From NCBI RefSeq assembly GCF_025526975.1, contig NW_026515669.1:2046001-2110000 (forward strand): a stretch of 64,000 nt of DNA. Reading direction: 5' to 3'. Positions 26,101 to 37,289 of the stretch are shown here, piece after piece. Origin of the DNA: Fimicolochytrium jonesii (lineage: Eukaryota). The translations under genes were made by a program, and so were the position numbers. A model generated the notes under the pieces. That model worked only from the letters and a program-made list of their open reading frames with translations, searched no databases and was not told the origin of the DNA. The stretch's first letter is position 1, and each line of letters starts with the position of its first letter.

Positions 26101-29100
26101 GTCGCCGGGGTTCCAGCCGACGGCAATGGAAGCATTCGCAATGCCGGATTCGGGGTCACCAATCGAGAAGCGAGCAAAAAGAAGAGGCGCTGAGGTTGGC
26201 ACATTCGCGACTTGCGAAATGCTCAACTGATGAACGATGGGCGCAGTGACATCCACGATCGTGCCAGAATCCTTCGGCGGGAGCTGACGGGAGTCCGGTT
26301 GCGGGCATGTGTCGGTCACCAAGAATGTGATCTTGTCCAAGGTGAGTCGCACGATTGTCACGAACCACGATTTGGAAAAAAAGACAAAGTCAATCTCAAC
26401 CCCGACTGAAACCTCGAGTTGTAGTGGCAGGATCTCCACATTGATTTGAATGCATGTTCCAATTGGAAACTTTGCGAGCGGGAAAAACACGGCGATAGGC
26501 ACGTGCGTGTCCGCTACCGTTCCCCTTGCCAATAAGGTAATTTCGATGAAAGCCCCTACGGAGAGAGATCCCTGCATTGCGACCCCAAATTCCGGAGTGA
26601 CTTTCGGCTTCACTTCCAGTCCTATGAGACAAACCGAAACTCCAGCTTGAATGCCCATCACTGCGTCGAACTGCCTGTAAAATGTTCCAGATTCATTAGC
26701 TACGGGAATCCTAACCCTAACCCTACCTACCGCGCGGTACCTACAATTCGAACGTGACGGGCACAAACCCAGCAACCAAGAAAAACTGCTTCGTTTTGAA
26801 GAGCAGCAGACTGCGCCTAAACTCGGGGAGCATTCCCCCTCCACATATTTCCGGTGCATTCTGAAACTCGTCGTCCGTGCAGACGTTGGGGATCTTGACA
26901 TTGAACTCGGGCAGGCCAAGATCGGAAAGCAAGTCTCGTCTCGCCAGTGATCGGTCTTGCCCAATATCCGCTTCAAAACCTCTCCTGGCTTTCGTGCTCG
27001 TCCGCCCGGTTTTGTTCACCGACCTCAAGGAGTTCAGATCGATAATCGCCGTGGGAGGCACAATCTGCTTCCCTACGACCGTGAGGGAGTAGAAATTCGG
27101 ATCCGGTTTAAATCCGTTTCCTAAAATCCCAGGCATTCGACGGGGTAGACTGAGGACCATCGAAAACGAATGATGAGACACATCCTCCACCTCATTCGGA
27201 AACTTAACGCAAACGTACTATTTGGCGGGATCAATAAAGCGCTTTGTCAACTTGTGCTGGATACTGACGTGGATGGTGCTTTGACCGGTGGTAACAGTCC
27301 CGATCGTCGCATTCTTCTTGACGGGCCCAGTGACACCAGCTGCAAGCGACACATGACCGAGGAAAATGTAGTAGTTCCGCAAGCTAAGGTGTCATCTAGC
27401 TTCAGTTATTCAGCTCTCGAGAACAAGGCGCCTGCGTTGAACGCACCTGTTCTCAGTTACTTCCAGCCTGACAATGTCGCTTGAAACTTTGCTGACCACG
27501 CCCGCCATTGGAGCAACGATTGGTGTTCCTGCCGCAGCAAGCAGCGAAGTGCCATTGTACGTTCCGTACGTGTTGTTGGGAAAGACGAGGGCGACGTCCT
27601 GGAACGAGGCCGGCTTGGAAGGAAACTGTTTGGCAAATTTCGCACCAAACACGCTGTCAATGAAAGTCTTGATTTTATCGTACGCCGAACGCAGTTTGGC
27701 AGTCCACTCTTTAAAAATATGCAGGGCCTGCACAAACTCGGCCTGGAGCTTGGTGCCCATGTCCATAATCTTGGTGTACGCATCCAGTAGTGGATCGATG
27801 AAGCCCAGTTGATCTTTGAACTGAGTGGCGAGGGACTTTAGGGAATCGAAGAATTCATCCTCAAAGTCAGGAAGACGGCCCTCGAGGGCGGTCAAAGAGA
27901 AAAGTCCTTTCAGAGTCGTCACGGCGTCTTCAACCTTGTGTATTGTTTTCTCTACGTCCTGTGTTTGCAAGGCGTGGGCATCAAAGCTCTAGATCCTCCA
28001 GCATTATTTCCGGAATGAAGAAGTTACCTCCACTCCCAGAACGATCGCTGTTGATGCTTGCTGGGGGCAGTCGAGAAATTGAGCAACTCCGGCAAATATA
28101 TCCGCTGCAGAAAGGGATTTGTCAGTTTCTCCGGACCGGTTGTTCAGGTATTTACTTGCTAACCTATTGCTTGTGGAATCACTTGAATAACGGGCTCGAC
28201 TCCAGAGACGACCGCCGTTTTGACTTCCTTTCCAAAGTCAACAATCTTATCCTCAATGTCCTTGAAAAACATCAGCACCGAGTTGAAATCGTCCACATCA
28301 TCCAAGGACAGGTTTGCCGGAACAAGTGGAAGCTTGAATGAAAATTTGGTGAAGTCCAATCCATCACCGCCCGTCCCGTCGGTCAACTTCTTGAACTTTG
28401 AGAATGCCGTGGAGAGGCTAAGGAAAGCAGTCGTGAGACCCGACCTGACTTCTTCAAACTTCGTCTTGACATCATCGGCGAATTTGTCAAACAGCTCGGC
28501 AATGTTGGTGATGTCTGAGAGCTTGAAATCCTTGAGCATGTCCATATCGTACCCGACTTCGGCGTGAAACTGAAGCTCAGCGTCGAAGATCGGGAGCTCG
28601 AGGTATCCACCGATGTCGACATAGAGGAATGCGCCTGCCGAGTCCGATACGTCTATGGTCAGCCGGGATTGCAATACGGAGAGCAGGAGATCGACGCTGT
28701 TCTGGAACTTTAACGACGCTCGCACTGAAAGACAAGGATGTTATTCAGCAGTATGCCCCAACGTTTCTTAAACGGCGTGACGGCGTGGAAAATGCGATCA
28801 CGTACCTCCCACCAGATCCGCGCCAAACTTCTTCTCCCATGAGAAGCTCGGTGTCTGCAGATGGAACTTCACCGATGTCTCCGTCTGGATAAACGACACC
28901 AATTCCGATGCACGCCGCGCTTTGGTGGAAAGCGGCTCGGAAGCATTAGCCCCCTCCCGCTCTTGCAACTCTTCAATGCCCGAAGCGACATCTTCCATGG
29001 TGAACTCTCGCTTATGTACTTTGTACGCCACGGCAGCGGCTTGCCTTACAACAGCGTATGGATGAACGGATGCGACCATCAACATGAAATTTTCCGCAGA

Positions 29101-31713
29101 TTTGCTCTTGTAATGACCAAGAGCCCGCGCAGCAGTGGTTTGCACAACCACCGGTAATTTCGAGTCCGGCACTGTCGCATCCACGATGTTCCTAAAAGCT
29201 TCCACTCGCTGAGTAGCTCCAAGAGCGGCCAAGATATTTGCATGGTTCGCAGCCTTCTTGCTAGCAATGATTCCTTCACGATCGAAAGGTTCCTTCGAGA
29301 GACGGTTCCTATTTAGAGGGACCGAGGTCCCTGCAAGTGCTGCGTATTGAGCCGGATCCTATTCCATCGCGTGCAAGTAGACAGGAGACAGTAAACGACC
29401 AACGGATGTTAAAAACGCATGCATCCCCGAGGCATCAAACCCAGCGTCGCCGTCTTACCTGCTTTTCAAGCGAGTTTTGCAGCTTCTCCATGATCCTGCG
29501 GGACGTGTCCTCATCTTGCGCTTTGAACGCTTTCCGGGACATGTGTCCAAGCGAAAGCAGGCCATGCTGGGCGACCGTCTCTCGCTGCTGTTGCCCTGCA
29601 AAAGGTGAAGTCCACGTACGTCAGAAATGCGATTCCGTGCATGCAGTGGATGCCCGTCGCCATGCCTCACCATTTAAAGTCCCGTTGAATGCAATTTCAG
29701 ACACCGCGTCAAGCAACTCTGTTGTCGGCGCGCCTTTACACTTCCCAAGTGCTTGCAATGCGCTCTCCTTCACACTATCCGCAACTGGCGGCCCGCCCTT
29801 GGTCGACCCAAACACCGTGCGAAACAGGACGTCGGCAACTCCCGCGCTGAGGGCGCAGCTCTCTGCTGCGAGGTCCACAGCCACAAACGCATTCTTCGCT
29901 AGAATGGTGTCCGCAACGATGCGCTGGATGACTTGCGGGACGTGCTCCTCCGCCAGCCGTGCCATTGCGATCCTCGCCGCGCCGAAACACTTCGCTTTTC
30001 GCGCATGTGATGGGGTTGTCGTGCTGTGGAGGACAGAGCCGTCGAAACATGCAATGCTCTTTCGGGCGATCCTGATGGCTTCCTGGGGCGAGATCTTCTG
30101 TACAATCGCATCTTGTTGAACGATGAGTGAGAGGGTTTCGATGGTGCTGGGTGGCAACAGATGCGGGGAGTTCCCATTCATAGACCGACGGCCGAGTAGC
30201 GTGACCGTTGTCTTTCCGGTGGTTTGCATGAAAACGCTCGCGGCGCGGGAGGGCGCGGGCTGTTCGTATGCATCTTCGTAGTCGTCGTCACCACGTTTGC
30301 TGAGACCTGTTGATATGGACATAGCAGGGAGATGCTAAGGAGCAGTCACGCGACGAGCGGATGTTGGAGATACTAGGATTGCTCACCGGTAACCTGAGTT
30401 CCTGCAGACCCATGCGACGACACAAAGTCATCAATCGTGACCGACAGAATCGCGCCGTCCTGGAGGATGCCGTCTCAATATTAGCCAGAAGAACGATGAG
30501 AAGAGGAAGGACGCGTCGAACACTGACATCGATGCTCTTCGCTATCTGCTTCTCGCTGCGATGGCTCATCCTTTCATGTTCCTCGTCCCGAAGACTACGC
30601 TTGCTGTACACCAAGTTGCGGTTCGCTTCATCATGCTGCACCTCATACTTTGCCAGGTTTTTTCCTGCGGAGTCGCAAGATGTGAGTGTCTTTCATCATA
30701 TGTTCCTTGCAGAGTCAAAGACACATACCAGTCAGGTCATTCTCAACGACCTCGAAATCCCTTCTGTGCATCCCGGTATCAGAATGGAGTCTGGCTGAAA
30801 AAATGTTTGCGATTCTGAAGCATCAAACGTCAGCTCAATGGGTGTAGGCCGCTCAGGGAACGGTGACGATATTTGTGCATACCCTTTTTTGATTTCCAAC
30901 GCCTTTGGATGCTCTTTGGGATCAGCCAGAATCTATGGAGAGGCCCACGGACGCGTAAGTCAACCTCTTCAAGGCCTACGTGTACTGGCGGGAACCAGGC
31001 AAGAGATATCTTACCTTGTGCACATCTCCTTGCTCAGTAAGCACAAAGCCAAACCAGTGCTCATGAAAGTTGAGCACGTTCTCGGGTATAGTCACCCGCT
31101 TCAAGGTTCCGTCGTCGTGCGAGGTCTCGGAAACGATGATTGGCTGCTCCGGAAATGTCACTTGACAGTACATACGGCCATCCTCATCAATCTGTACATG
31201 TTTGCGGGGAAGGATAGTGATGCATCAGGACCGCTCTCGATCCTCGTTCCGCTCACGACTCCCAGTCTCCTTTCCTTTCGGCCGTGACGTACCTGGTAAG
31301 GAGTCACATCGAATTTGGCATCGAGATGAAACTTTCCGACACTTGCCATACAGAAAAGGGGAATGGATAGATTAGAATTGCACGGCGATTCCCCAAATCC
31401 CGTGCTAACAGCGTAGCAAGCATAGTAAAAATTACCTTTGAGCGCGATTTTGGTGCGGAAGGCCAGAGAACCCGGCGAATGAGTCGGAGATGTCGTTGAA
31501 CGAGCTGACTTTCGTAGACACCTCATAGCTGTATGTTTGGTTGAGGCGAAAGTGGACTGCGCTCGCCGTTTCGCAAGAAATTAGTAGCAGGCATACCAGA
31601 AGAAGGCTGGTAAGCCGCGAGGTGGATATCCCATCCCATTTTCTCCAGCGCTTATGAGCGGCAAGAGACATTCCAGAACCGACAGATCCAACAAATCCAT
31701 TGCGGAGCCCCAT
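14183..31713 (-). CDS. Giant secreted multi-exon protein (several thousand aa): signal peptide, vitellogenin/LLT-like N-terminus, M23-like domain, many FN3-like repeats, ConA-like insert, Ca-binding EGF repeats, WSC, fibronectin type II, FG-GAP-like motifs
   Basis: A chain of minus-strand ORFs is separated by GT-AG introns. N-terminus: hydrophobic LLLVCLLLISCETASA then FRLNQTYSY. Helical ALQALG/AARALG repeats at ~28.9-29.9 kb. GTSLLAAAGTPIVAPMAGVV at ~27.5 kb. DxTPP FN3-like repeats at 16-26 kb. DVDEC/DIDEC EGF repeats at 16.8-18.7 kb. FKGC..C..KC..CVC (WSC) at ~17.4-17.65 kb. CVLPFLYN..C..WC (FN2) at ~17.1-17.2 kb. DLNLDGLPDIL and DMDGDGYTDMV at 14.4-15.4 kb. Exact ends, and whether this is a single gene, are uncertain. 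Confidence 0.75.
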
Positions 31714-32490
31714 CTCCCCCGGCAGGCAGATGAACGTGCCGATTGTTTGGAATCACAGTCTCTAAGAATATTGTAACAAAGGCCCAGGTACGCGTGGTGG
31801 TGCCCTTGGTGATCTATAGTGCTTTTCTTGGGAACGCGAATTCGTGAAAGGGAGCGGATGCACCGAAGCGCGAAGGGGAATCACCCTGGCAGACTGTGGG
31901 ATAGGAGGCTGCTAATGCTGATCCGCTGTACAATAAGACCGCTCGCTACGGACGAGAAAAGGCCGTCTTGCGTACAGTAGGTCGACGAAGTAAGTACATA
32001 CCTGTACACTCGATGGCTACAGACGAAGTGAGAAGTCGAGTCTACGCGTCGAGCGAGACGCGTTTGCCTTTTCCCAGCCAGGCCCAGTGAGAATGCGCAG
32101 GAGGGGGAAATTCGGACTCCTCATTATTCCCGCCCGATGCACCCATAACCTGAGAGTATATTATTGCAGATTGCCACGGCCATTGCCACCGCCATTGCCA
32201 AGATCTTTTTTGAACTACACACCTACAGCACACCCGTCAGCTGCAGTAGTGTTCCAGAGTGGAACCCCAACTTTCTGCTCTGCTTTTGTTTACAAGGTGA
32301 CTCCAAAACCAGTCTTCTCATTCTTGCCCCGGCAGTACATCCTTACGCCAACCACCACCCCACAACACTGACGGTTTTGACACACAGCTATCACGGCAAT
32401 CACCGCACTGCAACACGGAGTGGGCAATCTGACCTTTACAACATCACAAATCCGGTAGGGAGTGAGCAGCGGGAATGTGAGGAGATGAGG

Positions 32491-33215
32491 TACCCTGCCC
32501 AGATGGTTTCGCGCATATGGCGCATGTGACCACTGTCAGCAGCCCCTGGGTTCGCGCATATGGCGCATGCATCCGGGGGATAAAGGAGAAGAGAGAGAGA
32601 GATAGAGAAAGAGCGGACTATACCCTGCCCAGATGGTTTGGTGCATATGACATATCCAACCAATGTCAGCAGCCCCCGGATTGGCGCAAATGGCGTATCC
32701 ACCCAGGGGATAAAGGAGAAGAGAGAGAGAGAGAGCTCAGGCTGCATTCTCGCCTCCGATTCCCTACCCACTCCTCACTCTCACTCTCACTCTCTCTCTC
32801 CCTCTCTTTCGCTCATAGGGGACCTCACCTCCACGCCGTGCATCTACATCTACATGGAACGAACGGTCCGCCCCACTATAGGTGAGAATCAGAAGCCACA
32901 CAGATTACCACGCACATTACCAAAGCCGATCGCTTGAGGGACAGCCTGCATTTGGGCACTTGCGTTGCGCTCTCCTGACTTCCGCAATCGCTTGAGGGAC
33001 AGCCGCATTTGAGCACTCGCGTTGCGCTCTCCCGACTTCCGCTTGAGGGACAGCCTGCATTTGGGCACTTGCAGTTCGTTTGCCACCATTCTAGCCACCA
33101 TTGTACCAAACCCACTCCCATGACTACGCGAACTGCCCACGCGTATCCACCCAGGGGATACAGGAGAAGAGAGGGAGACAGAGAGAGGAGAAGAGAGAGA
33201 GAGAGAGAGAGCGGG
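32491..33215. repeat. Composite repeat: 130-bp tandem duplication with (GA)n tails plus a 51-58-bp tandem triplet
   Basis: TACCCTGCCCAGATGGTTT occurs at 32491 and 32621, each unit ending GGGGATAAAGGAGAAGAGAGAG; a partial third copy lies at ~33141. CGCTTGAGGGACAGCC occurs at 32931, 32989 and 33040. Confidence 0.9.
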
Positions 33216-33629
33216 CTATTCCATGCTAGTAGAAAGGTAATGCATGTGTAGGAATAGGAGACGAGTTCCATCATCTCTTAAGCTACTGAAGAACACGCAG
33301 TGTGATAACTCCATGGGGAAGGGCTATGGGGAAGGGTTGTAACTCCACACGGACAGGCTATAACTCCGCGTGGAAGGGCTCTTTCTCTGGGTGGGAGGCG
33401 TGGCACCATAGCGCCGACGGCTACGAGTCTGCCCCGAAGGTGCGGCACCCCGCCAAAGTGGAAAAGGGAAATGCTGCTGCGGAAGAAAGTGCCCTATTGT
33501 GCCTGTTGTTGTTGTTGAAGCCGTGCAGCACCCTCGGACACATGTACATAGCAGTAGCAATGGGTCGATGATACAGAAATTATTTCCTGGGATTCCTTTC
33601 ACATCACACATTCACAATGTTATTGCTCT

Positions 33630-33672
33630 GGGTTAGGGGTAGGGACAGGGTTGCGGCATGCGCGTCCTCCTA
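33630..33672 (+). repeat. Telomere-like repeat plus unique tail; direct copy of 37247-37289
   Basis: GGGTTAGGGGTAGGGACAGGGTTGCGGCATGCGCGTCCTCCTA versus GGGTTAGGGTTAGGGACAGGGTTGGGGCATGCACGTTCCCCTA; 38/43 identical by manual count. Confidence 0.85.
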
Positions 33673-34172
33673 CAGTAGTAGGATGCCAAAACGGACGTTA
33701 CGACGACATACATCACCGGCTGCCGTCTAGCCATTGCGTGGTTGACCGGGGACCGGCCAGCCGCGACTACTAACCTAGGTAGTAGCCCAAATGCCGTCAA
33801 TTTCGACGCGCCCGTCGTAACGTCCGTTTTGGCATCCTGACTGTAGGTAATCATTTAACACTGGCTGGGTGCAGGTCTATCCGGATGAAAAGCTATCTAA
33901 AAGGGCTTATAGTTTCGTGAAGGATTCTATGGTGGCGAGACGACTAACGGTGGGGCCTCTGAGTGAGAAGGGTTTACACTTCTGACCCCTCCAGGGTTAC
34001 CGCTGGCCCCCGCTATCCCGATATACCCCGGTGATATAGCGACGCAATATCCGCCAGGTCTCGGTATATCCATGTCCGGCCGGTTGGGCTAAGTCTGAGG
34101 TCAGACTTGCTCTCCAGCTGCCATTCGTCGTCATGACTCCATCACGGGGTAAAGATTGCAGTAGGTATCAGG

Positions 34173-34976
34173 CTAGGTTGCTCGCCATACGCGATCTCCC
34201 CTTCCCGGCAATGTATGGCGGCAATCGAACCCCGCCTTTCCAGCTTTGTGGTCGTAACCTGGACCCATTCTCTCCACAAACGCCCGCTCCAACTCTATAT
34301 GCAGACAATCGAAGTTGTCCGTGGCCAACCGGCGCGCCTCGATGCCAAGCCACCCAACGAGCTCCACAAACTCCCGGTCGAACCCGTCCAGGATCTGTTG
34401 AATCTTTCTCTCCGCCGGCTCGGTGTGACCCATCCTCATCAGGATCGGTACCTGGTTTCGTTGCGTGGTGAAGGGACGGAGACGATATTGAAGGCCTCTT
34501 TGCAGACGATCAACGCAGGTTTGGACGACGGGACCGAGATCGTCCGTCATCTCCCATATCTTCAACTGGCCGTCGGCCGGTAAGTCGTCCGGGATGTGCA
34601 GGCACGGTGCACTCAGTACGCGGGCCACCGCAGCAGGAAGCGTTGAGGCTGGGCCAATCGAACGATATACTGCGATGACGCGAGTGTTCTGTCGGTGTCG
34701 GCAGGCGAGGCGAACTACGTGGGTATCTGTCACGATGTCACGACAGAAAGTGAAGAGGACGGAGTATGGACGACTGTCAAGCGTCAGGGTCGTAGGTGAA
34801 GGATCAGAAGAGAGGACGGGTGCGGCTTTGGCATTCTCTGGAAGGTAAACTTTGATGCGATCCGTTGCAGATACAGACGTGACGCGGAACGTCTGTGGTG
34901 GGGAGTCGGGAAAAGCGAGAGCGAGCACTTCATTGTCCATAGTTGTGTGTGGGATAGCCGGTGATGCACGATGCAA
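34173..34976 (-). CDS. Hypothetical protein (~255-267 aa)
   Basis: Uninterrupted ORF with globular-looking composition, divergent from the MULE gene. No family recognised. Confidence 0.5.
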   Translation of the reverse strand: MHRASPAIPHTTMDNEVLALAFPDSPPQTFRVTSVSATDRIKVYLPENAKAAPVLSSDPSPTTLTLDSRPYSVLFTFCRDIVTDTHVVRLACRHRQNTRVIAVYRSIGPASTLPAAVARVLSAPCLHIPDDLPADGQLKIWEMTDDLGPVVQTCVDRLQRGLQYRLRPFTTQRNQVPILMRMGHTEPAERKIQQILDGFDREFVELVGWLGIEARRLATDNFDCLHIELERAFVERMGPGYDHKAGKAGFDCRHTLPGRGDRVWRAT

Positions 34977-35296
34977 CGAGGGTCTTATGGTTCTATGGAC
35001 GACGTGTTGGCGAGATGGACTCCGTTCAGAGGTTGCTTAGTAAGCTCTCTCTATTTTCTTCTCGAGTGACAGTATAAATAGGGAATTGCTAACGACGCCG
35101 TGTTTGCTATCCACGCTACCCTCCGCGCTTTTGACAGTAGCTTTTGACAGTCTGATTGCGACGCGTCGCATATAAAAGGCGACTGGCGCGCCCCTGGGCC
35201 CTTGGGTATAATGAGGCTCACTTCTGACGTGACCTTCCACCCCAGTTACCTTTCCTGAGCATTTTCGAGTGCAGGAAGTGAGCCACACACACACAC

Positions 35297-37145
35297 ATGC
35301 TTCCACCACCCACCGAGCCCCTGTATGGCATGCTGGAGGAATGTATGCACAACGTAAAGGCATTCACTTCTGCCCAAGGCTACGCTGTCACCAAAATCAA
35401 CTCCCGCCCTGGTGTCAGTACCTATTTTGTGTGCGACCGCCATAGAACCCCACGCCCATCTCCCCAACATTTCGATGTTCACCTGAGGAACACATCAACC
35501 CGGGGAACCAATTGCCCGTTCAAGCTATACGTCCAATCCTACAAAGCGCTGGATTATCAATGGCAGCTGACCGTAGTTCATGGTGAACATAACCACAAGC
35601 CCTCCCACAACCCTGCCGCCCACCCAATTCTGCGGAGACTTACCGATTCCCAGAGAGGAATGACACATGCGCTGCTTCAGGCAAACGTTCAGCCACGCCA
35701 AGCTGTCACCGCTTTACGACAGCATGTGGACCCGTGCTACGCCATCCAGAAGACAATATACAATGAGCAGCAAGCCCTCCGCACGCAAGCATTGGATGGC
35801 CGCACCCCATTGCAGTCGCTTCTCCAACAGCTACAGAATGGATCCTACCATACCGAATACCGCGCCAGTGCCGACGACAACCTGACGCACCTCTTCTTTG
35901 CACATCCTGAGTGCATTGCCCTCCTCCAGCGCTATCCTACCGTGATCTTCATGGATTGCACGTACAAGACAAACAAGTTCAAGATGCCGATGTTTCATAT
36001 TCTCGGCGAGACCTTGCTCAAGAAAACGTTCACCATACCCATCAGGTTCCTCCAACAGGAACTTGAGGCAAACTATGCATGGGCACTTGAGTGACTCCTG
36101 AAACTCTTGCCATCACCTGATCTAGTGAAGGTCATGCTCACGGATTGCGAGAAGGCATTGGTGAATGCAATCCCTTCAAGGTTTCCGCACGCAGCGAACC
36201 TTCTGTGTGTCTAACACATTCAAAAGAACGTACTTGCCAGGTGCAAGCCCGTGTTTGGTGCAGGCGAGGAGTGGGACAGCTTCCTGAAGCTTTGGACTGC
36301 GGTAAGGACATATACTCAATGCGCACATGTTATCCATGACTAACGCAAGCATTGCAGGTGATTAATGCAACTACACCCGATGGGTTTGCTGAAGCGTGGG
36401 ACTATCTCCACCATCAGTACGCTGGATACCCGGGGGCCATTCAATACCTCACCGAAACCTGGTTGCCATACAAGGAGCATTTTACTGCAGCCTGGACAAA
36501 TCAAGTGCGCCATTATGGCAATGTCGACACGTCCCGGTTTGAAGGCGGTCATGCAACCATCAAGAAGTACCTCAACGTGTCAACACTCCATCTTCGGGAT
36601 GTGGAGAAGCGACTTGCGACGTACTTTACGAAAACAAGCCTCGAAATCAAGGCCGCACATGCATCCGATCAGATCCGCATGCAATTTCAGTTCAACAATG
36701 TTTTCTACCAAGATGTAACCTACCGCATCTCATCCGTCGCTCTCGCTAAAGCACACCAGCAGCATCTACCTGCGTTGTGGATGATCAAGGGGTCCAAGGA
36801 TGAGCGGTGCTCAGGGGCATTAACCACGACCATGGGCATAACCTGCAGCCACACGTTACACACTCGAGTTGAAAACGGCAGGGGCCTATGTGTACCTGAT
36901 TTTGATGTGCATTGGCACCTCACCGCACCTGTGAACAGTACCCTCGACACACAGGCACCTGGTCCTCCTGCCGTCCAGCCTCTGTTGACACAGATACAAG
37001 AAACTTATCCACGTCTCGCTCCGCACCAGCAAGATCGAATGCGGGAGGTTCCAGGTGCCATGGGCTCACAGCACTATGCCTTGCATGACCTTATCATACG
37101 TCAGGGCAAGGGACGCCCGCGTGGTGCCCCCAATCATGACAAACG
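35297..37145 (+). pseudogene. Mutator/MULE (FAR1-like) DDE transposase pseudogene
   Basis: N-terminal FVCDR..CPFKL..HNH Zn domain, then FMDCTYKTNKF, MLTDCEKAL, LLCV*H, RFEGGHATIK and AT-hook-like KGRPRG. In-frame stops at 36092-36094 and 36212-36214. Intron at 36302-36357. The frame ends in the telomeric tract. Confidence 0.9.
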
Positions 37146-37289
37146 TTAGGGTTAGGGTTACAGGACTTAGAGTTAGGGTTAGGGTTAGGGTTAGGGTTAG
37201 GGTTAGGGTTACAAGACCCCCTGGGTTGGGTTTAGGGTTAGGGTTAGGGTTAGGGTTAGGGACAGGGTTGGGGCATGCACGTTCCCCTA
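37146..37289 (+). repeat. Interstitial telomeric repeat (TTAGGG)n with short interruptions
   Basis: Several perfect TTAGGG runs interrupted by ACAGGAC and ACAAGACCCCCTGGG, ending GGGACAGGGTTGGGGCATGC. Confidence 0.95.

Noticed and set aside
26710..26725. CCTAACCCTAACCCTA telomere-like sequence
   Set aside because: Only about two units inside an intron of the giant gene; could be chance.
32931..33072. Three CGCTTGAGGGACAGCC repeats as a possible CRISPR-like array
   Set aside because: The intervening sequences are also near-identical, so it is a tandem repeat with no unique spacers and no cas genes.
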